Positions 9,527 through 18,864 of a stretch of DNA of 64,000 nt are shown here, in pieces. Origin of the DNA: an uncultured archaeon (GTDB lineage: Archaea; Asgardarchaeota; Thorarchaeia; Thorarchaeales; Thorarchaeaceae). Both the position numbers and the translations under genes were made by a program. The stretch lies in NCBI GenBank assembly GCA_964648855.1, contig CAZYLT010000001.1:342299-406298 (forward strand), given 5' to 3'. The notes below the pieces were generated by a model. It saw only the letters and a list, made by a program, of their open reading frames with translations, searched no databases and was not told the DNA's origin. The first letter of the stretch is position 1, and every line of letters begins with the position of its first letter.

Positions 9527-10618
9527 ATGAAAGAGCGATGGCGATTACTTGATTTGGGCGCTATTGAACCGCTTGAAACACAAATTATCTATGATATGGT
9601 TGCTCAAGGGATTACAGAGGGAGAATCACAGAATACAATCATCATTTGCTGGCCCGCTGAGCCCTTAGTTAGTGTAGGCTATTTCCAAGAGATTGAGAAG
9701 GATATAGACCTTGCATTTTGCCGGAAAAACGATATTGTGGTGACACGCCGTGTAATCGGGGGTGGAGGAGTCTACCTAGATGATGGACAGCTATTCTACC
9801 AATTAATTGGGCGAGTTGATAGTCCAACTACGCCAAAGCCCATTGATGCCTATTATCGGAAATTTCTCAAAGCACCAGTTCAAGCATATAGGAATCTTGG
9901 CATTGAAGCTGAATTTCGACCAGTTAATGATATTCAGGTCAATGAAAAGAAAATATCAGGAAATGGAGCAGGAGATGTTGGTGATGCTCGCATTCTCACC
10001 GGCAACATAATTTTAGATTTTGACTTCGAAATGATGGTGAAGGTTCTTCGAGTACCAAGTGAGAAATTTCGGGATAAAGTATACAAGAGCCTCAAAGACC
10101 GGCTGTCAACAATTCTACTTGAAACTGGATCAATGCCACAAAAAGACGAGATTAAAACCGACCTAATCAGGCTTTACGAGGAAACCCTTGACATTGAACT
10201 TGAGAAGGGCAAGTTATCTTCATGGGAAAAGAGCAGGATGTCAGAGCTCCGCTCCAAATACAAGTCAAATGAGTGGCTTCACTGGAGGAGTGGAGGCAGA
10301 CTTGATGCTCGAACTGTTAGAATATCCGCAACAGCCTCTGTTGGTACAGCGAGCCATAAGGCCGAAGGCGGGTTGATTCGGGTGACTGCAGAGGAGATAG
10401 AAAATGAGATCAATGAAATTGTCATTAGTGGAGATTTCTTCATGCTTCCGTCCACAGCAATCGGAGAACTTGAGAACAACCTGAAGGGCTCTACTCTTTC
10501 TAGAGACGCGATACTGGAAAGAATTAAGGAAAGCTATACTCAGCTGGATATTGATTCGCCAGGAGTCAAGCCAGAAGATATTGCTGATGCGATTGAGTTG
10601 GCCTTCGAACAAAAGTAA
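9527..10618 (+). CDS. lplA: Lipoate-protein ligase A (second LplA-family paralog, catalytic plus C-terminal accessory domain)
   Basis: RRVIGGGGVYL and NEKKISGNGAG lysine motif. ~364 aa from the ATG at 9527; the track start at 9494 is TTG. Confidence 0.75.
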   Translation: MKERWRLLDLGAIEPLETQIIYDMVAQGITEGESQNTIIICWPAEPLVSVGYFQEIEKDIDLAFCRKNDIVVTRRVIGGGGVYLDDGQLFYQLIGRVDSPTTPKPIDAYYRKFLKAPVQAYRNLGIEAEFRPVNDIQVNEKKISGNGAGDVGDARILTGNIILDFDFEMMVKVLRVPSEKFRDKVYKSLKDRLSTILLETGSMPQKDEIKTDLIRLYEETLDIELEKGKLSSWEKSRMSELRSKYKSNEWLHWRSGGRLDARTVRISATASVGTASHKAEGGLIRVTAEEIENEINEIVISGDFFMLPSTAIGELENNLKGSTLSRDAILERIKESYTQLDIDSPGVKPEDIADAIELAFEQK

Positions 10619-10675
10619 AGCGAAGGACCAATGAGGAATTTAACAAATCGCGTAAAGCCTTGAGGTGAACCAATC

Positions 10676-11761
10676 ATGCCGTCGGATGTTAGCTTTTCTG
10701 CGATTGCGCCCGGAAGAGTCTGCATCTTTGGAGAACACAGTGACTACTTGGGACTAGATGTGATTCCCGCAGCAATTAGCATGCATATCGAGATTTCTTG
10801 TTCACCACGCGATGATCGTCTAATGGATATCAGATATTCGGATTTGGGAACAAAGGATACGTTCGAGATTGATACAAAAATCGATTATGCCCATGAGAGG
10901 GACTATGTTAGAAGTGCATTTAATGTACTTAGAAGGCAGGGACTTACTCTCTCTTCAGGATGGTCAATGTATGTTAGAGGAAACATACCAATTGCAGGAG
11001 GACTATCCAGCTCGTCAGCATTAGCTGTCGCATCAGTCCTGGCATATTCTAGAATGGCTGGAGAATCCCTGAATCCCAAAGCATTAGCCGAGCTTGCATT
11101 CCAGGCTGAGGTCAAGGAATTTGGAGAAAGCGGAGGTATGATGGATCATTATGCATCTGCGTACGGTGGAATCATACACTTGACTACAAAACCTAAGATA
11201 GAGGTGACCAGAATCCCTACATCCATTAGTGGGTTCGTCATTGGTGACTCGGGGGAGGAGAAGAAAGATACCGTGGGAGATCTGGAAGAAATCCGCAATT
11301 TGGCTGAGAAGGGATACAACAAACTAGCACAGTACGTAGACAATTTCGACCAAACCAAAACAGCCCTTGAGAAGGTTCAACCATTCCTGAAACGGCTTTC
11401 CTCAAGAGAGCAGACAGTGGTGGAAACGACCATCAAAAATAGGGACTTAACACAGCGTGCATATGATACTCTAAAGTCTAGTAACTACGAACCTGAAGAG
11501 TTAGGCTCAATGATTGATCAACATCATATCTATTTGCGTGATGGTCTGAAGCGATCGACCAAGAAAATAGAAAAGATGATACGAGCTGCAAAGAAAGCAG
11601 GAGCTTTGGGCTGCAAAATCAACGGAAGCGGTGGAGGAGGAACGATGCTAGCATATTGTCCAGGAAAGGTGGATGTTGTTTCATCAGCTATAGAGAGAGC
11701 AGGGGGGACACCATATGTGGTCAGTATTGGACAGGGCGCCCACCTGAGCGTCCAAGATTGA
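10676..11761 (+). CDS. GHMP-family sugar/small-molecule kinase (galactokinase-like signature)
   Basis: N-terminal APGRVCIFGEHSDYLG (galactokinase-type GRxNxxGEHxDY), GHMP ATP-binding loop PIAGGLSSSSALAVA, and a C-terminal GSGGGG. Confidence 0.7.
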   Translation: MPSDVSFSAIAPGRVCIFGEHSDYLGLDVIPAAISMHIEISCSPRDDRLMDIRYSDLGTKDTFEIDTKIDYAHERDYVRSAFNVLRRQGLTLSSGWSMYVRGNIPIAGGLSSSSALAVASVLAYSRMAGESLNPKALAELAFQAEVKEFGESGGMMDHYASAYGGIIHLTTKPKIEVTRIPTSISGFVIGDSGEEKKDTVGDLEEIRNLAEKGYNKLAQYVDNFDQTKTALEKVQPFLKRLSSREQTVVETTIKNRDLTQRAYDTLKSSNYEPEELGSMIDQHHIYLRDGLKRSTKKIEKMIRAAKKAGALGCKINGSGGGGTMLAYCPGKVDVVSSAIERAGGTPYVVSIGQGAHLSVQD

Positions 11762-11766
11762 AGAGG

Positions 11767-13329
11767 TTAGTCGCTCGATGCAAGATCTTCCATTCTGCGT
11801 TCAACTATGCCAAGTATTTCGTCTTTGAGATTCTCGCTCTCTTCAATGAGCTCCTCAACTTCCTTTCGAATGTTCTTGACGAATTTCTCGTCCTTAATAT
11901 TGTCAAGATTTATTCTGACATTGAGAGATGCTGCCTTGATTGCGGCTGAGAGTGCATATGCAGCGCCGCCAGCATCAGTTATGGCATTGATATTGCCCTT
12001 CTCTGCAGCAACTTTTGCATGAGTGAGTGCCTCATATGATTGCTTCATGGTTTCTAATGGAATCTCAGCAGCATGAATTGTTGCTTCCTCTACGGCTTCT
12101 TCTTTCGTTTGTTTTTCCTCTTCATTTCCTTCAGGAAGCTTATAAGTTTCCATCACTTTTTCAAAGGCTTCAGAGTCCTTCTCAACCATGTCCAGCAGAA
12201 CACCCCTGTTTGTTTCACAGGCATGTCGATGATCAAGCATCTCCTTTTTGATTGCAGCAAATTTTCTTCCAGTCAATGAGAGACCTGTGACCATGCATAC
12301 AAGAGCCGCGCCATAAGAGCCCATAACTGCAGCAACACTTCCTCCACCAGGAGTTGCTCTGGCTCGTCGCACCTGATTCCCGAATTCGATTAAGGACATT
12401 TCAGTGAACGACTTCTCAGTGGGCTCTTCAGCACCACCAAGATAATACAAATCGAGAATCATTGATTCATCGAGATTCTCTGGTTGCAGATAGTACTTGA
12501 GAGCGTCAATCAAAGCGAAGAGAGGTACCATTCCAATAATCTCGGTTTCAACGACAGTGGCACCAAAACGTTTCGCTTCGTTCCTCACAACTTCAAGAAC
12601 CTGATGTATCTTGGTTCTCTTGGGATGGGTGAGATTGCATGAAACCTGAACCATTCCCTTATCCGGCAAGTCCAGGCCAATACCTTGCACATACACAAAG
12701 CCACCAGTGGTTGCTCTAACTGCATTCGCACAGACCTTTGCTACCTCAACATTAGTTGTATTAAGGTTGAAATTGATTGCAATCAGGAAGAATCGTGCTC
12801 CGGTAGCAGTGGCACCAGCTGTTGGATTGATTTTGTTAGGGCCATAATCAGGAGTCCTACTCTCATCCTCTCCGATGGTTTCACGAAGCCCTTCAAATTC
12901 TCCTTGACGAATATTAGGCAATTCTTCTCGTTCAGGACGCGTTGCGGATTTCTCATAGAGGTATACGGGTACATCATGCTTCTCAGAATATTCCTTGGCG
13001 AATTCTTTTGACAGCTCTATACACTCGCCAATGGTTACTCCGTGTAGCGGAATGAAAGGAACAACATCAACTGCGCCCATTCGAGGGTGAGCTCCCTCGT
13101 GTTTGCTCATGTCAATTCGTTCTACTGCAACATCCGCTGCCTTCAGAGCTGCCTGTTTAACCTTCTGTGGTTCTCCTATGAATGTGAATACCGACCTGTT
13201 GTGATCAGGGTCATATTCAACATTAAGAAGACGAACACCATCAACGCTCTTGATGGCATCAGCCAATTCATCAATTACCTCTTTTCGACGACCCTCGCTG
13301 AAATTGGGTACACATTCGACAACCTTCAT
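11767..13329 (-). CDS. ftcD: Bifunctional glutamate formimidoyltransferase / formimidoyl-THF cyclodeaminase
   Basis: N-terminus MKVVECVPNFSEGR is the hallmark start of the formiminotransferase domain. The C-terminal ~200 aa are helical, consistent with a cyclodeaminase domain. ~520 aa. Track start 13341 is TTG; ATG at 13329. Confidence 0.75.
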   Translation of the reverse strand: MKVVECVPNFSEGRRKEVIDELADAIKSVDGVRLLNVEYDPDHNRSVFTFIGEPQKVKQAALKAADVAVERIDMSKHEGAHPRMGAVDVVPFIPLHGVTIGECIELSKEFAKEYSEKHDVPVYLYEKSATRPEREELPNIRQGEFEGLRETIGEDESRTPDYGPNKINPTAGATATGARFFLIAINFNLNTTNVEVAKVCANAVRATTGGFVYVQGIGLDLPDKGMVQVSCNLTHPKRTKIHQVLEVVRNEAKRFGATVVETEIIGMVPLFALIDALKYYLQPENLDESMILDLYYLGGAEEPTEKSFTEMSLIEFGNQVRRARATPGGGSVAAVMGSYGAALVCMVTGLSLTGRKFAAIKKEMLDHRHACETNRGVLLDMVEKDSEAFEKVMETYKLPEGNEEEKQTKEEAVEEATIHAAEIPLETMKQSYEALTHAKVAAEKGNINAITDAGGAAYALSAAIKAASLNVRINLDNIKDEKFVKNIRKEVEELIEESENLKDEILGIVERRMEDLASSD

Positions 13330-13468
13330 GCGTGTCACCAAGCCCGTCGGATAAGTTCAAGCAAAAAAGCATTTGGGAATCGGGGGTTTAGTCGAAAAAT
13401 GATGTCAGATAGGCAAAAAAGAGACGCGAATTGCACATCTGGTCATTTCTTGTTCCAAGCAGCTAGGG

Positions 13469-14404
13469 TTAGCTTGTATATCCACCATAATCTATGGCGT
13501 CGACAATGAAGACATTGGTCTGGTTCTGCAGATACGTATAGGCTGCAAGTACATTTCTGAGTAACATGGCAATAGTCATTGGCCCCACACCACCAGGTAC
13601 CGGAGTAATGTAAGATGCTTTCTCCTTAACAGTTTCAAAATCGACATCACCCTTTGGCGTAGCCACATCTATGACAATTGCACCCTCTTTAACCATCTCT
13701 TCAGTGATAAAATACGGGTCGTCATTGGATTCCCGAAGTCCAACCGCAGTGACAAGAATATCTGCTTGCTTAGTCATACTTGAGATGTCCTTGGTCTTCG
13801 AATGGCAAACGGAAACCGTAATGTCTCTGTCAAGCAACATGAAAATTAGTGGTTTGCCGACTATAGTAGATCGGTTAATGATGACCGCGTCTTTTCCTTT
13901 CAAATCAACCGGTAGTAAATCCAGCATCGTGACAATACCTTGAGGAGTCGCAGCACTCAAGAATTCATTCCCATGGAATAACCGATATATGTTCCTCGGG
14001 GAAAATCCATCAACATCTTTACCAGGCGATATTGCATCAATAACCTCCTCTTCATCGATATGACTTGGCAGAGGCAACTGTACGAGTATACCATGAACAT
14101 CACGGTCTTGATTGAGTTCCTGTATCAGGTCGATAAGCTCCTCTTCGGTCGTGTTCCCCGGTAAATCATGGGTTTCGGAAAGAATACCGGCCTTTTCACA
14201 GGCTCGCTGTTTCATACGCACATACATTTTGGACCCTGGGTCCTCACCAACAATAATGGCGACTAGCTTTGGCGGTGTTCCGTGTACCTCAGTCAGATGC
14301 TGAACTTCTTCCTTGATGTGCTGTCGTATCTTTTTTGCCAGAGTCTTGCCGTCAATGACTTTTCCTTCTACGAATTCCTCAAGTGCAATGTCGTATTCGC
14401 TCAT
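13469..14404 (-). CDS. folD: Bifunctional 5,10-methylene-THF dehydrogenase / 5,10-methenyl-THF cyclohydrolase
   Basis: VIDGKTLAKKIRQHIKEEVQ ... PKLVAIIVGEDPGSKMYVRMKQRACEKAGI ... HGILVQLPLP ... GGVGPMT are all FolD hallmarks. 311 aa. Confidence 0.85.
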   Translation of the reverse strand: MSEYDIALEEFVEGKVIDGKTLAKKIRQHIKEEVQHLTEVHGTPPKLVAIIVGEDPGSKMYVRMKQRACEKAGILSETHDLPGNTTEEELIDLIQELNQDRDVHGILVQLPLPSHIDEEEVIDAISPGKDVDGFSPRNIYRLFHGNEFLSAATPQGIVTMLDLLPVDLKGKDAVIINRSTIVGKPLIFMLLDRDITVSVCHSKTKDISSMTKQADILVTAVGLRESNDDPYFITEEMVKEGAIVIDVATPKGDVDFETVKEKASYITPVPGGVGPMTIAMLLRNVLAAYTYLQNQTNVFIVDAIDYGGYTS

Positions 14405-14415
14405 GTTGAATCCTC

Positions 14416-16011
14416 CTAAAATACGCCTGATATGTTGCCATCCTCATCTATGTCCATCTCTTCTGCCGCGGGATCAGATGGGAGTCCAGGCATCAACATG
14501 ACATCTCCAGTGTACACAATAACAAAACCAGCACCAGCGCTGACATCAGCTCCACGTACGGTTAAGACGAAATCTTCCGGTCGCCCCTTCTTGCGAGGAT
14601 CATCACTGAGGCTGAATTGTGTCTTCGCCATGCATATTGGGAGCTCACCATGCCCACGTTTCTTCAACGACCATAGTTCTCCATTGGCATTATCTATGTA
14701 CCTGACACCCTTTGCTCCATAGATACTCTTGGCAACCTTCTCAATTTTCACTTTGAGGTCTTCATCGACATCATAGGTGTAATTCACTTCGTTTCGAGTT
14801 CCTGTAATATCAAGTACTGCCTTCGCCATATCCTTTCCACCCTCGCTACCCTTGGCAAATACCTCTGAAACCTCCATCCTCCATCCCTTTTTCTCGCAGA
14901 ATTCCCGTACTTCTGCAATCTCCCCATCAGTATCATCAGGGAATCGGTTCACAGCAATTGCAAATGAAGGACCAAAGTTTTGGATGTTCTCTGCATGTTT
15001 CGCCAGATTTGGTAAGCCCTTCTTGAGGTCATCATCACCCTGCTCTTTCAGGGCTCTTATGCTGGTGATGATCACAACTCCGTCGACATTAAGGTTGCCA
15101 GCACGAGTGACGATGTTCATAAATTTCTCAGCACCGAGATCTGCTCCAAATCCTGCCTCGACTACCACATAGTCAAATAGACGCAGTGCAATGTCAATCG
15201 ACATTATTGAGTTCGTTCCATGGGCTATGTTTGCAAAGGGGCCGATGTGAATGAGGGCTGGTGTTCCCTCAGATGTCTGTACCAGATTCGGCTTTAGGGC
15301 ATCCTTCAACAAGACAGCCATTGCACCGTTCGCATTGATATCTTTGGCATATACTTCATTGAGGTCGTAATCTCGAGAGAGCAAAATATTGCCAAGCCGC
15401 TCCTTTAGGTCGGTATAGCTATTTGCCAAAGCCATTATTGCCATGATTTCGGAGGCAGCTGTAATTACATAGCTATCCTCTCTTGGAAACCCATTGTCCT
15501 TTCCGCCAAGGCCGACAACGACTTTTCTTAACGCCCGGTCATTCATGTCTATCGTTCTTGTCCAGTAGACTCTTCGTGGATCAATGCCTGCTTCATTCCC
15601 TTTGTTCACATGATTATCCAGCATTGCAGACAGAAGGTTGTGTGCTGCGGATATAGCTGGAAAATCCCCGGTGAATAGGAGGTTAATCTTCTCAAAAGGA
15701 TGAACTTCTGATTTACCACCGCCAGCGGCACCGCCCTTGATTCCAAAAACGGGACCCAGTGATGGTTCACGAAGTGTCACCACTGCGCTCTTCCCGAGAG
15801 CATTGAGCGACATAGACAAGCCTATAGAGTTTGTAGTCTTACCCTCTCCCGCGGAGGTCGGAGTGGTGGCAGTTACAAGAATCAGTTTTCCTTTCCGTTC
15901 TCCAAGCTCCTTCCGAATATTGAGATTGATTTTGGCCATGTGTTTTCCATAGGGTTCGAGATACTTTTCAGGAATTCCTGCCTCTTCTGCGACTTCAGTA
16001 ATGGGTTTCAT
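14416..16011 (-). CDS. fhs: Formate--tetrahydrofolate ligase (formyl-THF synthetase)
   Basis: PTSAGEGKTT P-loop variant typical of Fhs, plus GIKGGAAGGG. ~530 aa. The likely start is the ATG at 16011 (MKPITEVAEEAGI); the track start at 16113 is TTG. Confidence 0.85.
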   Translation of the reverse strand: MKPITEVAEEAGIPEKYLEPYGKHMAKINLNIRKELGERKGKLILVTATTPTSAGEGKTTNSIGLSMSLNALGKSAVVTLREPSLGPVFGIKGGAAGGGKSEVHPFEKINLLFTGDFPAISAAHNLLSAMLDNHVNKGNEAGIDPRRVYWTRTIDMNDRALRKVVVGLGGKDNGFPREDSYVITAASEIMAIMALANSYTDLKERLGNILLSRDYDLNEVYAKDINANGAMAVLLKDALKPNLVQTSEGTPALIHIGPFANIAHGTNSIMSIDIALRLFDYVVVEAGFGADLGAEKFMNIVTRAGNLNVDGVVIITSIRALKEQGDDDLKKGLPNLAKHAENIQNFGPSFAIAVNRFPDDTDGEIAEVREFCEKKGWRMEVSEVFAKGSEGGKDMAKAVLDITGTRNEVNYTYDVDEDLKVKIEKVAKSIYGAKGVRYIDNANGELWSLKKRGHGELPICMAKTQFSLSDDPRKKGRPEDFVLTVRGADVSAGAGFVIVYTGDVMLMPGLPSDPAAEEMDIDEDGNISGVF

Positions 16012-16295
16012 TTTTCCTACACCAGTGAAAGTAAACTTTTGATTAGTTGTTCCAATCAGTGCAAGTATTGACTGATAAAATGCACCGTATGGCTGTAGAG
16101 GCGGTTTGGTCAATCATGGTTGTGTCAGAAATGCACTCTTTTACAAAAGGTCTTGGCAATTATTACTGAAAAAAAGATGAGGCAGGGTGTTTATCCGCCT
16201 ATTGGGCTGAGAAATATGAATAGGCTTCCTCTCGAGGCACTGCCAGATGCATTGCCAGATGAAATTGATGTCGAAAAATATGTGATTTGCACGTA

Positions 16296-16421
16296 TTATG
16301 TAGGATTACCCCCGTTTATGTCTGCGATGAAAATCTCGTCGGAGTCGTCAAAACAAGCAAGCGTACGAACTGCTACGCTGCCAACTATTCCACAACCACC
16401 AACGACTACATCACGTGACAT
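16296..16421 (-). pseudogene. Possible remnant of an FAD/NAD-binding oxidoreductase (N-terminal Rossmann segment only)
   Basis: Minus-strand ORF encodes MSRDVVVGGCGIVGSVAVRTLACFDDSDEIFIADINGG followed by a stop. This is a GxGxxG beta-alpha-beta start with nothing after it. It lies in a ~500-bp region with no other convincing gene. Confidence 0.2.
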
Positions 16422-16621
16422 GTTTAGTGTGAGCTTTAATCGCTCCATAGAGATATGGCGAGCATAATCCAATTTGATGAAAAATCTGAAAGATTCTGGG
16501 ATGAAAATTTCGCATAGAATCAAACGCTACTTGAAGAAAGATTGATTGGACGATTGCTCACGACTTTGCCTGCCGGGTCTGCATCAGCAAATGGCTACTT
16601 GGAGAGAAAGCAGTGCATTGA

Positions 16622-17380
16622 TTAGCTTTCTTCAATCCTTATGGGCTGACCAACGGACAGTCGAAGCTCCTGAACAGCACTTGCATTCTTTGCGGCAATC
16701 TCGAGGGTATCGTAGCTGCCAGTGACCAAGAAGAGACCTTCGTCAGGGCCCTCGGAATACGTCGGATACCAATTCAGATCCCACTTCAAGTCAGAGGTTT
16801 CAATCCTGTATTCCTTGGCATTTGCATGGGGAATATTGGTGATGATGTTTCCAAATCTATCAATCCTCACTATCATGCCATCGCGGTCATGCAGAGGAAA
16901 CTCCAATTTCACACTTAATTCTGATTTGAATCCTCCAAGTACCTGACCTGCCTGACCACGACCCATATACCCTGCGGCTCTAGCAAATACATCTCGACCA
17001 TGAAACGTTCTTGACGCATTATCTTCAATTACTAGTGTGGAAACACTCTTTATTCCGTCCTGTTTTACCGCTGGATACATCAGACCATTATCAGGCCCAA
17101 TGAAAGAGTAATTCTTCGTTCTCACATAGATAGGGTCGCGTCCTGTTCCAACTCCCGGGTCAATTACACAGACAAAGATAGTATTCCGCGGAAACTGTGC
17201 GAAAGCCTGTAACAAGACCCAAGCACCCTCACAAATTGACTGCGGTCGAATCGAGTGTGTTAGGTCAACAATTCTAGAACTAGGACTCAAAGAGATGATG
17301 ACACCCTTCATTATCCCAACATATTCAGATTCTCCGAAGTCAGTCAAAAGCACAACAAGTGGAGGGTTCCTCATAGCCAT
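16622..17380 (-). CDS. S-adenosyl-L-methionine hydroxide adenosyltransferase family protein (DUF62 / SAM hydrolase, fluorinase-like fold)
   Basis: N-terminal LVVLLTDFGESEYVG and the DPGVGT region are characteristic of the DUF62 SAM-cleaving family. ~252 aa from the ATG at 17380; the track start is GTG. Confidence 0.7.
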   Translation of the reverse strand: MAMRNPPLVVLLTDFGESEYVGIMKGVIISLSPSSRIVDLTHSIRPQSICEGAWVLLQAFAQFPRNTIFVCVIDPGVGTGRDPIYVRTKNYSFIGPDNGLMYPAVKQDGIKSVSTLVIEDNASRTFHGRDVFARAAGYMGRGQAGQVLGGFKSELSVKLEFPLHDRDGMIVRIDRFGNIITNIPHANAKEYRIETSDLKWDLNWYPTYSEGPDEGLFLVTGSYDTLEIAAKNASAVQELRLSVGQPIRIEES

Positions 17381-17396
17381 GGCGCTCACCCGCTTT

Positions 17397-18554
17397 CTAT
17401 TCGATTTTTACTAATCTTATTTCATTGTAATCTGTCAAGACACGAATATAGCCTCTCAACATTTCATCCACACTACTATCTCCGGTGTCAACCTTAAGTG
17501 TCCCACCCTCAATGCCCTTGAGCTTTGAAGGCGTGCTCATTACAATGATGTCATCTCGTTCGACTTTCTCAATTATTTTGGGACTGATTTGCTGATTACC
17601 CCTACCAAATAACATCCCTTGATGTCCTATGGGTGACACAATGATTTTGGTCTTGCTGAAGTCTTCCACCAAGTCTAGTATCTGGTCTTCATTGAGATCG
17701 TTATGAACCTCTCCGTCTTTGTACAGGTCGACCCCTAACGTTGTCTTTTCTATATCAAGTAGGTCTGCCACACTCTTTACGGTGGTTCCCGGACCGAGTA
17801 CATAGGTCCCATACTCATCCATGTTTTCAACAATGTATCGTGCAATTGCCTCCTGAGCTTCTCTCTCATCCACTGTTTCGGGGCTGGCTTGCTTGGCACC
17901 TTGAAAGCGTGCAGGAACTGATGGCCCTTTCATATAGCCGTAGAGCCGAATTTCCAGTTTATCATTCCGGAAGGCTTCTTCATCAATATCCATTATTTCG
18001 AATTCTGTTTCGCCCGTCTGCCCCTCCTCAATCAGACGAATGACCTCTGCAGCGTCGCGAGGATTCAGAACAAAAATAGCGCTATACATCTTGACGCCAG
18101 CTGGAATACCAATAACCAAGAGGTCCTCAAGACCATACTCTTTGATTGCATCTAAGATATCTCTGGCAGTACCGTCGCCACCAACAAAAGCAATTATCTC
18201 AACGCCTGCATCAGCCAATGCCTTCACGCATCGCTTAGTATCTTCAGCAGTGGTTTCATCGGAGATGTCCACGTCTATTGTTTCGAAGGGAATATTCTCA
18301 TTCTTGCATTCATTGCCCCCCATATCACCAGGACAGGCAGTCAAGGTGGGGTCATGTTTATTGTCATCGAAAAGGGGAGAAAGAGCATTGAGAAAGTCCT
18401 GTGCTCGGTTTGGAGACACCGGCTCTGCGCCCAATTCTCTTGCCGTATCTACGACTCCGTCTGTTCCCTTAAGACCAACACGACCGCCCATCCCAGCAAT
18501 AGGATTCACTATGAAACCAATGTGCAACAATGTCAATTCATCCCTATGTAACAT
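17397..18554 (-). CDS. ATP-NAD kinase-like / polyphosphate-or-ATP kinase family protein (COG3199-like)
   Basis: IVNPIAGMGG and the FVGGDGTARD GGDGT motif of the NAD-kinase/diacylglycerol-kinase fold. 385 aa with a C-terminal extension. It ends 8 nt from the SAM hydrolase gene, so they are probably an operon. Confidence 0.55.
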   Translation of the reverse strand: MLHRDELTLLHIGFIVNPIAGMGGRVGLKGTDGVVDTARELGAEPVSPNRAQDFLNALSPLFDDNKHDPTLTACPGDMGGNECKNENIPFETIDVDISDETTAEDTKRCVKALADAGVEIIAFVGGDGTARDILDAIKEYGLEDLLVIGIPAGVKMYSAIFVLNPRDAAEVIRLIEEGQTGETEFEIMDIDEEAFRNDKLEIRLYGYMKGPSVPARFQGAKQASPETVDEREAQEAIARYIVENMDEYGTYVLGPGTTVKSVADLLDIEKTTLGVDLYKDGEVHNDLNEDQILDLVEDFSKTKIIVSPIGHQGMLFGRGNQQISPKIIEKVERDDIIVMSTPSKLKGIEGGTLKVDTGDSSVDEMLRGYIRVLTDYNEIRLVKIE

Positions 18555-18864
18555 ATATCTGTATAATCTACACTATAGGGCTTTTGATAGATTCATTTCT
18601 AAGGCGTCTACTTCTGGTTGGGAAAAGATACGAGTACATAGAATCCTTCAAGTCTGTTTATCGAACAGACGCATGCCAACGTATTTTACATTTTCATGAC
18701 ATAAAAAGTGCCAGGTGCGTTTCATCTTGGATATCAAAGGACTTGGCATTATTCTCGTGTTAGTTCTAGCAATTAGCTCTCCCGGGCCTATTGTCTATCC
18801 TAGATACCAATTCCCATAATTCTCATCATAATCTTGCTAAGGAGAAAGCATGCTTAACCTAGAA

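Noticed and set aside
10676-11761. Calling the GHMP kinase mevalonate kinase (isoprenoid pathway)
   Set aside because: The N-terminal motif GRVCIFGEHSDY fits the galactokinase-type GEHxDY signature better than the mevalonate-kinase GKxILxGEHAVV. I kept it as a generic galactokinase-like GHMP kinase.
16120-16467. 115-aa plus-strand ORF in the fhs/SAM-hydrolase spacer
   Set aside because: It has a Pro/Thr-rich low-complexity tail and no motifs. It overlaps the more protein-like (though truncated) Rossmann fragment on the other strand.
18040-18763. 219-aa and 77-aa plus-strand ORFs overlapping the NADK-like gene and the following spacer
   Set aside because: They are antisense to a motif-bearing gene (GGDGT). 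The sequence is Ser/Pro-rich with no domains.
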